Position numbers and translations under genes: made by a program. A DNA stretch of 64,000 nt from Mobula birostris (Eukaryota): positions 24,753,649 through 24,817,648 of the forward strand of contig NC_092398.1 in assembly GCF_030028105.1 (NCBI RefSeq), in the 5' to 3' direction. Within the stretch, counting starts at the first letter, position 1, and each line of letters begins with the position of its first letter. The notes under the pieces were generated by a model that was not told the DNA's origin, made no database searches, and was given only the letters and a program-made list of their open reading frames with translations. Shown here piece after piece: positions 23,801 through 37,651 of the stretch.

Positions 23801-26800
23801 CAGGGGCAGCGCTAAGGTGGTGCTAGCTGGGGCTAGAGCACCAGCAGATATTGCAATAGCTCCACCATAGCACCACCAAGCAATTAACTGCAGCTGTTTT
23901 GCTTTCTCTGTATAGTTTTTGAAATACATTGTTTCCCCAGTTGATCTAGAGAAACAGCACCCCCAATTACCGTAGCAAACACGCAGCAATAAAGTTATAA
24001 ACTCTCTCAGATCCACTCTGCACTTCTGCTTATTCGTTCGTTGTCAATGTCTTGCCGTTGCGTTCCTCAGATCAGTTAAGCTGATCTAAGGTCACTAAAG
24101 ATTGTGACGTCTCTCACTCTCCCTCACGCGAGAGATTGATAGTATACATCCAGGCCCAGATCCGTGGCCTCGCGAGACTAACAGATGCCACACGCGCACA
24201 CTGTGCTTTTACAAGCGAGCGTGGGCTTGGCACGTGCATTATTTTGGCCGGCGTGAAAAATTGATCAATTTTTAATCAGAAAACGACCTCATCCAGAGGA
24301 ATCAGTGGTGTCTCTGCCTGAGCATGTCTTAATTGAAAGTGTCATGCAGAAAGAAGTAAGTGGGGATGAGGACGACAGCAGCTCATCGAAGGAGTGTGTG
24401 GGCGAAGTAGAGGAACAGGAAATGGAGCGGGATTCGGAAGAGAACGTGGATGAAGCTGCTCTTAGTGTGAGTGGAAATACTGTTAGCGGTGATAGCCAGC
24501 AGCCTGAGGAAGGACCCCGTCGGCCAGCATTGAAAAAGTACCCTTCGCAACAGTTTGGCAATCACAGAGGAGTATTCGTAGCTGGTTTGACCTGTACTCC
24601 TTGCTGGAATATTCAATCACAAAAGATGTTACATTCTGCTTCGCATGCAGACATTTCCTGTGTGGAGGACCTGGGTTCTATTCTGAGTCTACCTTCACTG
24701 TCACAGATTACCGCAACTGGCGGAAAGCTACAACAGCTTTCAAAACCCACCACCTAAGTGCAGCTCATAAGTTGGCTATGGAGGCATGGGGCGAATTCAG
24801 ATTGAGAAAACAAGACGGTTCAAGATTGGGAAATATGCTTGATAAAAGACATGCAAACATTGTCCAAGGAAGTCGTGAGTATATGTGAGCAGTGGTTGAG
24901 TCTCTACGCTATACTGCGTGCCAAGGCATTCCCCAGCGAGGATACCTGGAGAATGATGGATCTGGCAATGGGGGAAACTTTGTTGAGTTGCTCAGTGTAA
25001 TTGGGAAGTTTGATAAGACTGTAGCTAAAAAGAAGAATAGAGGACAATCCTGGAAATGCAAAAAACACAAATCACCATATCCAAAATGAAATTAGGAGTA
25101 TTATGGCAGATATGGTCGGACGTCAAATAAGTGCAGCAATCCAGGAGGCTGGATATTTTGCCAGCATGCTGGATGAAAGTAAGGACTTGAGTAAAAAGGA
25201 GCAAGTATCAGTGGTGGTGCGGTATTTGAATAAAGAAACAGTGCTTGAAGAATTCTTGTACTTCTCTCCAGCAGAAGGGTTGGACGCAGAGTCGCTTCTT
25301 AAAAGCACTGAACAGACGCTCGCCCAGTGCGTTATTGATAAGAACGCGTGTATAGGTCAGTGTTATGACGGGGCGGCAGTGATGTCCGGGTGCAATAACA
25401 GGGTACAAGAGAGGCATTATATATACACTGCCATGCTCCCAGACTTAACCTTGGTTTAGTGGATGTTGTAAGCAATGTACCAGAAGCGGGTGTGTTTTCT
25501 TTTTGAAACTGTGCAGCTGCTTTGCAACTTCTTTTCAAACTCTGTTGCCCACGATCTTTTCATGAAGAAACAGAGAGAATTGGAATCAACTGCACAGCCG
25601 TGGAGTTGAAAAAAATGCCAGATACACACTGGGCATAGCGGTATACAGCTTTGTGGGCTATAAGGAAATCACTCTCCGCCATTCTAGCTACACTACAGGA
25701 TATCATGGTTCAACCAAATGCACGGAGGAAAACGGAGGCCAGAGCTTTAAGTGGACTGATTGTCGCGCAGTTTGCTTTACTTCTCTCTCTGTTTGAGGAT
25801 TTACTCCGAGTCAAAAGTTCATGTCAGACCAGCTACAATCTCCCAGTTTGGAGCTTTCATCCGCTGTGGACTTGGCTCAGTCTGTTATCGATGCACTCTC
25901 AGCAAAACGGGGAGAGGAATCATGAAGTGAAATTCAGACAAGAGCTAGGGACCTGTGCGTCAAGGCCGGTATACAGAGCAGAGCAGATGGAAGGAGACGG
26001 GCCCAGCCACCCCGCCGCCTACATCTTTTTGTTGTTGAGGCCCAAACTGAACGCACACCTGTCACATCCTATGATGACCTTCGCAGCCACAGTTTCTATC
26101 CAGTTATAGACAGACTTCTGACTGAAATGGAAAGACGGTTCTCAATTGAGACTGGGGGTGTTCTGACTGGACTCTTGGCATTGACTCCCAAACACAAGCT
26201 CTTCCTAGACAAGAATTGTCTTTGGCCAATGGCCCAATACTATGGAGTGACTGAAGTGAACCTGACTGCAGAGCTACATCAGGTTCGGCGTCTGCTGGAA
26301 GCAAAACAAAAGGAAGGACAGACAATGAATGACGCAGTGGAATTCCTAGCTCTAATGAGACCCGACGGCGATGCATTTATAGATTTATACAAACTAATCT
26401 GCATATCACTGACTCTGCCTGTTACATCTGCCTCATGCGAACGGAGTTTCTCTTGCCTCAGACGCGTCGAAAACGACTTAAGGAACAGCAGCGGCGATGC
26501 TCGGAACAGCAACTTGGTTCTGTTGGCCATAAACAGCCGGAGGACCAAAGCACTTGACATCCAGAAAATCATTGATGCTTTCGCCACCAATCACAACAAC
26601 GGACGGATTTTGCTTGTCTGAAAATATTAATGGTAGGTGCAGTTGATTTTTTCAAAATTTGGGCCAAGACTAATGCTGATTATTATTATTATTTTGTGGT
26701 GGATACCCCAAAGTCCTTATCTTTCCTGCAGATCCTAAAATATTACATTCACTGCTATTAAGCCTACTTGTTTTGCCTAGACTTCCAAACGGTGATTCTG

Positions 26801-27341
26801 TTGATTTGTGTTTTAAATGCAGTAGCCGAACTAATTGAGGTATTGCATGGTCAGAGTACGATTTGTCCAACGCCTAGTAAAGTCTTGCATCTGTTGTTTG
26901 CCTTATTTGACTTTAATAAAGGTGTATCGTTTGGCATTGCTGTCTATGCAATGCGATTAGCAGTGGGTTCGTTTTGTGTTTTTCAGTTGAAAAGCACGCA
27001 TTAGACGCTGATTGCGGGATCGGTGCGTGATTCACGTTGTCCGCTGTTGCTCGTATACTGTTTGTTTTCTTTCGTTGTTTATGCTCCGTGTAGCCCAGGT
27101 TGTCCTCGATGCCGTGTGACACGGTAACAGTTCACTTCTATATTAGATCTATCAATTGCTTTTGCTTGTGAATCAATAGAGGCATTTACAGTGGGCACAT
27201 AATGCTTGAAACTGACTTTTTAACGCCACGCGTCTGGCCTTGCGAATACATATTACCATACAGTGCATCCCTCAGCACCATTACTGAATTATTCAGCCCC
27301 TCCGCAGCACCAGCAAGAAAAATTCTCTTGCGCCGTCACTG
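23801..27341 (+). mobile_element. ZMYM1-type hAT DNA transposon (3,541 bp), degenerate
   Basis: Termini CAGGGGCAGCGC / GCGCCGTCACTG (9/12 inverted match). 8-bp TSD ACGAGGAG (23793-23800) / ACGAGGTG (27342-27349). Subterminal AGCACC repeats. Confidence 0.9.
24305..26621 (+). pseudogene. Fragmented hAT transposase (TTF-type zinc finger, DUF4371-like region, DDE core, hATC dimerisation domain)
   Basis: Motifs LEYSITKDVTFCFACRHF, GNGGNFVELL, MLDESKDLSKKEQVSVVVRY, GQCYDGAAVMSG and LPVTSASCERSFSCLRR, split across several frames. Confidence 0.9.
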
Positions 27342-27480
27342 ACGAGGTGCTTTTGATGGGTCTGGGCCTGTACTCACTGGAGTTTTGAAGAATGAAGGGA
27401 GATCCTATGAAATATTAGAAGTCCTAGATAGAGTGGATAAGGAGAGGATGTTTCCTATACCTGGGCCTTAGCACTCAGGT

Positions 27481-28609
27481 CTGCAGCTGGATTTTCAACT
27501 TCCTCACAGTCAGAACCCAGGCTGTAAAAATAGAGGACAAGCTCTCCTCTACAACCACTCTGAGCACCGGTGCCCCACAAGGCTGTGTACTCAGCACCCT
27601 GCTGTACTAACTCTACACCCATGATTGTGTAGCCAAGCTTCCATCAAACTCAATAGATAAGTTTGCTGATGACACAACAATTGTAGGCCGTAGCTCGGGT
27701 AATAATGGGTTTGAATACAGAGGGGAATTTAAGAACCTGGTGGCATGGTGTGAAGACAGTAACCTATCCCTCAACGTCAGTAAGATGAAAGAATTGGTTG
27801 TTGAATTCGGAAGGAGTAGCAGACCGCCCGACCCAATTTCCATCCATGGTGCGAAAGTGGAACAGGTCAGAAGCTTTAAATTCCTCGGGGTCAATATCAC
27901 AAATAACCTGACTTGGTCCAACCAAGCAGAGTTCACTGCCAAGAAGGCCCACCAGCGCCTGTACTTGCTGAGAAAACTGAAGAAATTTGACCTGTCTCCT
28001 AAAACCCTCACTAATTTTTATATATGCACCGTAGAAAAGCATTCTTCTCGGGTACATCAGAACCCGGTAGGGAAGTTGTCCTGTCCAAGACCGAAAGAAG
28101 CTGCAGAAGATCGTGAACACTCCGCAGCGCATCACACAAACCAATCTTCCATCCTTGGGCTCACTTTACACCGCACGCTGTCGGAGCAGTGCTGCCAGGG
28201 TAACAAAGGACACGAACCACCCAGCCAACATACATTTTTCGTCCCTCTTCCTTCCGGGAGAAGGCTCAGGAGCTTGAAGACTCGTACGCCCAGATTTGCG
28301 AACAGCTTCTTTCCAACTGTGATAAGACTGCTGAACAGATCCTGACCCGGATCTGGGCCGTACCCTCCAAATATCCGGACCTGCTTCTCCGTTTTTTTTG
28401 CACAACCTTACTTGCCATTTTTCTATTTTCTATGTACGATTTATAATTTAAACTTTTAATATTTACTCATTTTAACTAGATTTACTATTTTAAATATTGA
28501 ATATTTGTGATCCACGGAGTGTGAAGCGCAGAATCAAATATCGCTGTGATGATTTTACGTTCTAGTATCAATTGTTTGGCGACAATAAAGTATAAAGTAT
28601 AAGTATAAG
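27481..28609 (+). mobile_element. Rex1/Babar-type LINE fragment, unit 2
   Basis: ORF 27740-28345 (WCEDSNLSLNVSK...KKAHQRLYLLRKLKKF). Confidence 0.8.
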
Positions 28610-29290
28610 CCGAAGTGTAAGTATAGGAGGCGAGTCCAGGACAAGAGAGCACAGCCTTGTAATAGAAAGATGTCCATTTAAAACAGAGATGAGGAGGAAT
28701 TTCTTTAGCCGGAGGGTGTTGAATTTGCAGAATTTGTTGAGTTTTGTTCATTTGGGCTATGTAATTATTTAAGACGCATGCGCACTCTCCCAGTTATACG
28801 CGTGCACGCGGAAGGAGGAAGAGGAACTGTGGGATGTAAAGGTGACGGCCTTGGGTATTGGCCGTTATCAGTGGTAGCGGAGGACGGTTGCGATCTATCG
28901 ACCTCTGGGATATGGGCCCTGCGCACTTCTGAGTATGTTTGAAGCAGAGGTCGATAGGTTCCTGATTGGAAAGAACATCAAAGGTTACGGGGAGAAGTCA
29001 GGAGACTGGGGTTAAGAGAGACAATGAACCTGTCACGATGGAATCCCAGAGTAGACTTGATGAGCCAAATGGCCCAATTCTGCTCTTAGGGCTTATGGTT
29101 TTATGGTATCTAAGCTGTCTGACTTGATTCTCACAATTGACAGCAGAGAGGATGAGAGAGGTCTTGAGCAGTTGGGACTTGCTTCTGGACAGAAACGGGC
29201 CACGATGGATTCTGTGTCAAATTGACATCAGTGAGAATACGGTAGTGTTGACGGGGTCAGGCGACATTTCTCCAACTTGCCCGTTCTTAC

Positions 29291-29559
29291 CTAGAGGTAT
29301 CATGAGCTTCCCACTCACAGCCTCGTGTTCCATCTGACAGACGTACCCCTGGCTGTCTCCATCTAGGGGGCGGACATTCCTAACTTGAAAGGTCCCATTG
29401 CTTTGAGGGACAACGTTGGTCGTGTCTGATCCATTGTCAGCGACTTCCCCGTTTCTGACCCAGTGAACTTTAATGTCCCGGGGAAGAAGTTCTTGGCCGT
29501 GCACACCGGATATATTTAGCCCCGTTTCTTCTGAGTCAAGGCTCTGGTACAGGTAGGAG
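29291..29559 (-). pseudogene. Ig C1-set exon, copy 2, with stop and frameshift
   Basis: Same splice sites. TAA at 29516-29518 and 1-nt deletion at 29480/29481. Retains the C-strand Trp (KVHWVRNG). Confidence 0.85.
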
Positions 29560-32500
29560 CTGTGAAGGAATTGGAGAACAGTGTATGGGTTCAAAGTAGC
29601 TCAGCTCTCTTGTGACTGGACGGTATGGACAGAACTTCACCCTGTGTCTGACCCCGCGAGTATGTGATAGCACAGTGTACAGGGGGCTTCACTCTGTGCC
29701 TGACCCAAGGAGTGGTAGATTCTGAGATCAAGAGTCCATCTTATCATACGACAGAACCACTTAATACTTTTATAACAGCGGGGATAAGCTGTCCTTCAGC
29801 CTGGTGGGATGTCCTTTCATGATTTTGTATCTTCTGCCCGATAGGAGAGGTGAGAAGTGAGAATCTCTAGGGGTGGGTGGGATCTCTCATTATTCTGGCT
29901 GCTGTACTCAGGCAGCGAGATATCTATTGAGGGGAAGCTGCTTTCCGTGATGTGCTGAGATGCGTCCATGGCTCTCCGCTGTCTCTTGTGGTCACGGGCA
30001 GAGCAGTTGCCGCACTGAGCGTCGATGGATCTGGAGAGCGAGCAGAGGGCACGTTCTGACCGGCTGATCCGCTATACTGCCGGGAACTCTGCACCTCTGG
30101 CCCGTACCACTGAACGGACCGAACGTGGGCGACACCTCACACATACACAGACAAGCAAATATTAAACTCCACCCTTCAAAGCCTCCAAGATCTTCTATAA
30201 GACAATAGGATATAGGACCAGAATCCAACCATTCAGTCGATCGAGTCTGCTCTGCTGTTCCACAATGACTGATTTATTATTCCTCTCAACCTCACTCTGC
30301 AGCTTTCTCCCAACTTTGTCTTTGCTAATCAAGAGCCGATCAACCTCCACTTTAAATCTCCCCAAGATTTGGCCTCCACAGCGTTTGTGGCAATGAATTC
30401 CACACATTCACCACTCACTGGCTAAAGAAATTCCTCCTCACCTCTGTTCTAAAAGGATGCCCCTCTATTCTGAGGCTGTGCCCTCTGGTCCTAATCTCCC
30501 CCGTTATAGGAAACATCTTCTCCACATCCACTCTATCCAGGAATTTCAATATTTGACAGATTTCAGTGAGATCCCTCCTCATTAATTAAAATCCAGCGAG
30601 CTCGTGCACAGACTATTAAATACTCCTGTGTTGGTGCCTGTGTTGTGACTCAGAACTGAGCACACCCCGACTTTCCCTTTGGCTAGAAGTGTTTAGTTCC
30701 ATGCCAGTGACAGGTTAATTGGGTGAGCAAGAAATTGACAGATGGAGAATAATGGTGGGAAAGTATGTGGTTATCCATGTCACAGTGCGGAATGGGAGAG
30801 TACATTTTTGCGAGATGTCCCAGTACAAGGGACTAGTATATGGAACTTGAAAAGTTAGTTTGCAGATACAGTAAGTAATTACAAAATCGCCCTCACTCCC
30901 GGCCCCACATTTACCCCGGAGAACCACGTCCTGACTAGCAGCACCAACTGATACGGGAACTGCACTACCGCAAGTCACAAGATCCGACATCATGTAGTGA
31001 GGACTGTAATAAGCCAGTATCATTATGCTGTCTTACGTAAGGATGCAGCTCACACCGCATCACAACTTGTCAGTGTTCAGGACAGGCCTCTCGGATCTGT
31101 GCTAATATCATTTTGTGAATGTACGTTCAAGCCTATGTCAGTCCCAGCTGCCTAGATACACAAGCCAGGGCAGTACGATCTGGAGAGCAAGTTGCTGCCC
31201 ATGTGACAAGCTCCCCCTCTCCTCGCATCTGATGAACCCAAAGGAACGGCAGAGACCGATACAGTTCGGTACCAGCAGTGTTGCAGGAGTTGCCAGTCAG
31301 TGTTGACCTCAATGCCTGAGGGACTCCAGCTCCGGATTTTTCCCTCGGGATTTACTCCCTAAGACTTCCCCGTGAGTGGGTACGGCCGCAAGGCAGCGAA
31401 GGTTTGAGGTCAGAGTTTACCTTTCTCTCAGATGAGCTGCCAACCACAGCTGGTGAGTTCCATGTGCCCAGAGCAATTGGGACTAAGGAATCAGTAATCT
31501 GCCTTTGCTCTTTCTCCTGTCAGTAGAAACATTTCCGCCGGGCTTCGTAGCTAAACCACACATGAAGGTCAGGAGCTGGACTTGGTTGTCAGAGGCTATT
31601 TGAGGTGCACACCATCGGGAACATCTAATAGCTAGTGGGAGCTTGTCCACATCACCACACTCGGCTATAACAATCTTAAGTGACTTTATGTGTTTTCCAT
31701 CTTGGTCCCAGAGTCACGATCTTTACTTTAGTTGTATATAGGTGTATGGTTGAATGACAGTAAACTGGAACTAGATCAAATAGAACGATGGCCTCTATTG
31801 TGAAGGACTTGGCATATGGAAGCACAGATGAATGTTTATAAGGATGTTGGTTAGACTATGCCTGTTGTACTGTGTACAGTTCTGATCTTGGTCCTTAATG
31901 CAGAATACGTTTTCAGGGTGAGTTCTGGAGATGAAGGGATTGATATATAAGGGAAGGCATGAACAGTTAGGGTCTAAATTTGAGAGAGAGAGAGAGAAAG
32001 ACATCAAGGTTGTTCGTACTGTCATCTGTGTAGGTGCAATGAAAGCCATAGAACATATAACACAGCACAGGCCATTTCGCCCACAACCTTTTAACTTCTT
32101 CCACGAGCGGCTGTGCAGGCCAAGTCACTGGGTACATTTAAGGCAGCGATAGATTGGTTCCTGTTTAGCCAGGGCATCAAAGGGTACGGGGCGAAGGCAG
32201 GGAAGTGGAGATGACTGGTAGAATTGCATCAGCCTATGATGGAATAGCAGAGCAGACTTGATGGGCCGAATGGCCTACTTCTGTTCCTATACCTTATGGT
32301 CTTATGGTCACGGGGAGAATATTCGAAGTAAGATTATGTTAATTAGACAGTTTAGATTAACCTTTGTTGGTAATCTACACTTCTGCTGCTGAAAAAATTG
32401 ATTTTGATGGTATTTATACTGATTGAGGCCCTCTGTTGGTCCAGGTTGACCACGGAGTCCTAGCTGTCTGCATGATACGCAAGATGGTACACAACTCAGA

Positions 32501-33181
32501 GCCGTTGCTGACACAACAGGCTCCCCCCTCTCCATGCTGCTGATAAAGCCAAAGGAATGCCAGACACCGATACAGTTTGGCACCAGCAGCATCGCAGTCG
32601 TTGCTAGTCAGTGTTGAACTCAACGTTCGACTGCCTTACCTGGCTCTAGATTTTTCCCTCGGGGTTTACTCCCAAAGCCTTCACCATGGAAGGCAGCGGA
32701 GGTTTGAGATCAGACTTTTCCTTTTCATCGATGGGATGCTGACCACAGCTGATGAGCCCCATCTGCCTGAAGCGGTTGATTTTAAGGGACCAATAACCCA
32801 CCTTTGCCCTATTCCACTGTTAGTAGAAATGGTTCTGCTGGGCTTAACAGCTAAGCCACATGTGAAGTTCCAGGATCTACACTTTGATGTCAGAGGCTAT
32901 TTGAGCTGTGCACCATTGGGAGCTCATTCCAACTACCTTCCCAGGCTTTAACAACCTTAAGGAATTTGTATTTATAAGCTGTGCATCTGTTCCCATGATA
33001 ATAAACTTGAACAAGAGAGAATGAACAGCAGAGGGGGCTATAGGGCAATGCTTACTCCAGACATCTGTCAGGAATGGCAGATGAAGTTCAATTCAGATAA
33101 ATGCAAGGTGTTATATTTTTATGCATCAAACCAAGACAGGGCATACACAGTGAACAGTCAAGTCCTGGTGAGTGTTGCAGA

Positions 33182-33654
33182 CACTGTTCTCTCTCACTTG
33201 TATGTGTGTGCGACCATGCAGTAACTGAAATGCTCCCGCGCACATAGCCGTTGCTACTGCGCAGCTGAAATTCTCTTTTATATCATGTTAATATAATTTT
33301 GAAATGATGCCAATATAATTTTGGAATCTATGTTAACATAATTGAGAAACATCCTGTAATTAGTTATCTTAATGAATAGAGTTTATTAATTTTCTAAATA
33401 GTAAACATACCACAAACTTTGAAACATTTTAGAGTTTCAATGCATTTACATTGTCAATGTTACAAGTTACAACACTGTTACAAATTGTAACAATGAACAC
33501 AGAATGGAAGTCGGCAGCTCATTGTTAATAAACTGCCGGCCTGCTGAAAGTTGATGCTGTCATATTCATACTAAAAAAAAGATTTAAAGTGCCAGGTAGT
33601 TTTCAGAGCAGTGGTTTGTAAACACAGTGGTAAAAATAATTCGAGGGAAGGTCG
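33182..33654. mobile_element. hAT-like MITE, unit 2 copy
   Basis: Same TSD (33174-33181 / 33655-33662). Confidence 0.72.
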
Positions 33655-36600
33655 GTTGTAGAGCTGAGAGACCAGGGTGTGTTGGTACATAAAACCTTAA
33701 AGTGACGACACGGACAGGGAGGTAAAGAAGGTGTTTGTACACGTGCCGTCATCGGAAGGGCACTGAATACAGGAGTTGGGATGTCACGTTGTAACTGTAC
33801 AAAGACTTCAAAGACAAAGTAACAAAGTACGCATCCTGTAGTGGGCTGGGTTGATCAGACCGAAACTAATCGAGTGTCCGGCAAATGTAATAAGTAAACA
33901 GACCCGACAAAGGAACTTAAGCCCAATTTATTATCACAAAAATAGAAAGGCACACAAAATACTCCGTACCAAGTCACAAAGATTCCAGCACTCACAATTC
34001 TTAGTGACCAGTTGATTGTTGTTGGGAGAACTGCGAACTCCAACTCGCTCGTGAAACCATCCTGGGTCGTAGGCATCGATCGCGGTTTCCAGTCTAAAAA
34101 ATCCACGGAAAATTGCTCCAGTAAACAGGAGATCCACAAACGTAGAGAGAGATACACAGAGACAGACAGGTGCCTTGATCTTTTGCCCTCCTGCCATTAA
34201 CCCAGCCTGCTTTCCTTCATTCATTAACGCAGTGTTCAGCATACCCTTAACATAGAACATAGAACATAGAATAGTACAGCACAGTACAGGCCCTTCGGCA
34301 CACAATGTTGTGCCGACCCTCAAACCCTGCCTCCTGTATAAGCCCCCACCTTAGATTCCTCCATATACCCTTACTAATCAGTTGGGCACTGTAATGGTCA
34401 GTCTTTATCCATCAGTCCACTAATGTTTAGGACATAACGTTCCTTGAAATTACAGACGATTAGTGCATCTTAAATGCCCTGCCTCTTCCCACTTTAAATA
34501 CCCTGCCCTAAATACCCTATAAACCTTTACGTGCCTAAATGCTTCTAAATGCCTAACTGCCCGGCTTTTCATATCATCATCATCATCATCATCATCATCA
34601 GTCCGATGAGCCCTGAGCCCAGACTCTCGTTTTGTGGCCACTGTCCACGGCTCTCCGGGTAACTGAGCCATTTCCTCCAGCCAAGATAGCGCCGAGCTTC
34701 AGTCTCTATCGAGGTTGTGGCTCAGACTGAAACTGATTTCGTAGGTTCGTATCAATGTTTTTGGTGACAGAGGGAGGTTTCACTGGTCAGGTTAGGATTT
34801 AGCGACAGAAATTGGGGCAATTAGAGGTCAGGCCAGATCTAGTGCTTTACTCCAGGAGCGAAGGCCACAGATGACGTGAATGAAGGACTTTCATGGATGG
34901 GTGTCCAGTCGGCGAACATGTTGGACAAAGACTAGCTGGTTATCCTCCACACCCTGGGTCAGTCAGTTCGCTATATAAGCAGTGGGATTCGACGTCGAGG
35001 AGGGCAGGATGGTTGAGGGCTGGTGGCCCCTTAGCTACTCCAGTTGGTGTGTCTAGAGTAGGGCTCTAATGCCATCGATGAGGCCGGAGTACGAGGAGGG
35101 TCCCATCATCATTGTGCCCTGTGGTCAGGGACTGAAGGTCGATCGCGAGTCTGGAAATTGAGACCCGATGGCCTCCGACAGCCTCAGGATAGAGGGGCGT
35201 CCATTTAAAACAGAGATGTGGAGAAATTTCTTTATCCAGAGTCTGGGGAATTTGTCGAATCTGTCAGCTGTGGAGGCCAGGTCGTTTGGTGGATTTAAGG
35301 AAGAGCTTTATTGGTTCTTTACTGGACACGGCATCAAAGGTTTCGGGGAGTGGGGCTGTGGCGTGGGTGGGGGGGGGGATCAGCCATGATTGAGTGGCAG
35401 AGCAGATTTGATGGGCCAAATAGCCTAATTCTTCCCCCATGTGTTAGGATGTTATGTTATGTCCAGCTATTTACCTACTAAGATTAATCCAACCCTTCCC
35501 TCCCACATAGCCCTCCATTGTTCTATCATCCATTTCCCTGTCCAAGAGTTTCTTAAATATCCCCAAAGTATGTGTGTCCACTACCACCCCGCTGATGCGT
35601 TCCGCGCACCCACCGCTCTCTGTGTGAAAAACCTACCTCTGACATACCCTCTATACTTTCCTCTCATCTCCTTAAAATTATACCCCTTCATATTAGCCAT
35701 TTCCGCCCTGAGATAAAGCCTCTGGCTGTCCACTCGATCGATGCATATTATCGTCTTGCGCACCTCTATCAGGTCACCTCTATCAGGACCTTTGCTGCGG
35801 AGAGAAAAGCCCCAGCTTTCTGAACCTGTCTTCATACGACACGCTCTCTAATCCAGGCAGCATTCTGGTAAATCTTCTCTGCACCCTCTCTAAATGAAGT
35901 GGCCTGAACTGAACACAATGCTTCAAGTGTGATATAACTGGAGTTCTGTGGATATGAACCATTATCTGATTCATCTGAAACTTAATCCTCCGACTGATGA
36001 CGACCAATGCTCCTTATGCTTTCTTCACCATTCTCTCGCCTTGCTACCGACTTTGAGGCATCTATGGGCTCCGTCTCTGTTCCTCCGCATATATGTACCG
36101 CCAGATGATAACAAATGTGAACTTGAGAAGGAGAAAGGATAAGTGACGTGTAGAAGTTAAATATATCATGCACTGCGTGATTGTTGACTGGAAATCGTTG
36201 TCATACAGACTCATAGATGGTGATTTAAAGGAACATCTGAAAATATATGGACGGACACAAACGCAAGCGGAGGCTGGGGTGACAAGTGTATTTACCTATG
36301 ACAGGATTGTGTTGAAAACTTGGCAGATGAAGGTTAATCCCGAATCAGTGGCCTGTTACACACTGTGCGTGGGGTGAGGTTAAATGCAATCATAAAGTAT
36401 TTATTGAATGGACTGGATGCTTGGAAGTGTTAATGAACAGTCGGAACTTTGGCTGGACCTCCATGTCTTTCTGAATGTAACATGGCACGGAGAGATGTTG
36501 GTAAAGAAGGAGTAAGCATCCTTCTCTTAAATGGCCGTATTTTTAGTGATGTTCAATAAGTCTTGCAGCACTGCGTGAATGATTGAACGTCGATATCTCA

Positions 36601-37339
36601 GACTTCCAGTTCATTTTCCCCCTCTATTTTCCATTACTTTAATTCTCCACTCTGCCCCCACTTACTTCCTCTCTCTTCTCCCGGCGCATTTCCTCCGCAT
36701 ACTGCCCCGTTCCTCTCTCCTGTGATCCACTCGCTTTTCCGATCTGATCCCTTCTTCTGCTATTTGTCTTCCACTTATCACCACCTAACATTGCTTCACA
36801 CCCCTCTGGTATTCACTACTTTAACTGCCACTTTCTAGTCTGTACACATTCTCCTCCGTCCACCTCATTACTCTGATTTCGTTCCTCTTCCTTTCCAGTT
36901 TCGATGAAGGGTTCCGGAAAACTCGACTGTTTATTCATTTATATAGATTCTGCCTGAGCTAATGACCCCCCACGATTTTGTATGCGCTGCTGAGGATGCT
37001 TAGCATCTGCAAAATCTCTTCGCTGCAGACATACGCACATTTGGACCGTCGTTCATTTGGTCTTCTAAGCATCACTTAGACAGATTATTGATTAAGCAGA
37101 GATTGACCATGGAGACGCACATGAGGAGTTTAAATTAGGGTTATTGTTGGCACCCCAATCATGTGCCGAACGGTTTATTCCTGTGCTGGACTCATCTGTA
37201 TTCATCATTTTCACCCACGTATTTATAAAATTGAGTTAAGTGCGGATTCTTTGATACGATTACTGGGCCACACAGCCCTGTTTCCCATACTTCTTGAGAG
37301 ACAAACAGAATAATAGAATGCGGCACACAACTGCTGATA

Positions 37340-37345
37340 TTTATT
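37340..37345 (-). terminator. Candidate polyadenylation signal AATAAA ~310 bp after the GPCR stop
   Basis: Present in all three units (12635-12640, 37340-37345, 62520-62525). Confidence 0.35.
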
Positions 37346-37651
37346 CCGCGACATAGAAGCTAGTCGTTTTTAAAGGAGCGGGAAGTTGAGGGAGGAAGTT
37401 ACATTTTAAGACTATATTATTTTTTTTATTTATCGATACAGCAGGGTTGCAGGGGTTCCCACCAGAACCTTCACGTCTTTGGAATGTGTATGCAACAGAG
37501 GCATCTGGAGTAAACCTCCGCCGTCGCCGATAGATCGTACAAAATTCATAGAGACGGCTGTGGGGACTGAAAGCGCGCCTCAGGCGCTGTGAAGCATTGT
37601 GCCGACCACTACGCTACGTTTAATTGGTGGACTTAGTTTCCGATTAGCTTG

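Larger units (their letters stand above)
1..26970. repeat. Tandem segmental-duplication unit 1 (phase set arbitrarily at the window start)
   Basis: The sequence at position 1 (gttttgtgtttttcagttgaaaagcacg) recurs at 26971 and 51672, and the order of elements and ORFs is collinear. Confidence 0.97.

Noticed and set aside
24068-24086. Hairpin agatcag-ttaag-ctgatct inside the hAT 5' region
   Set aside because: A 7-bp stem is expected by chance at this sequence length.
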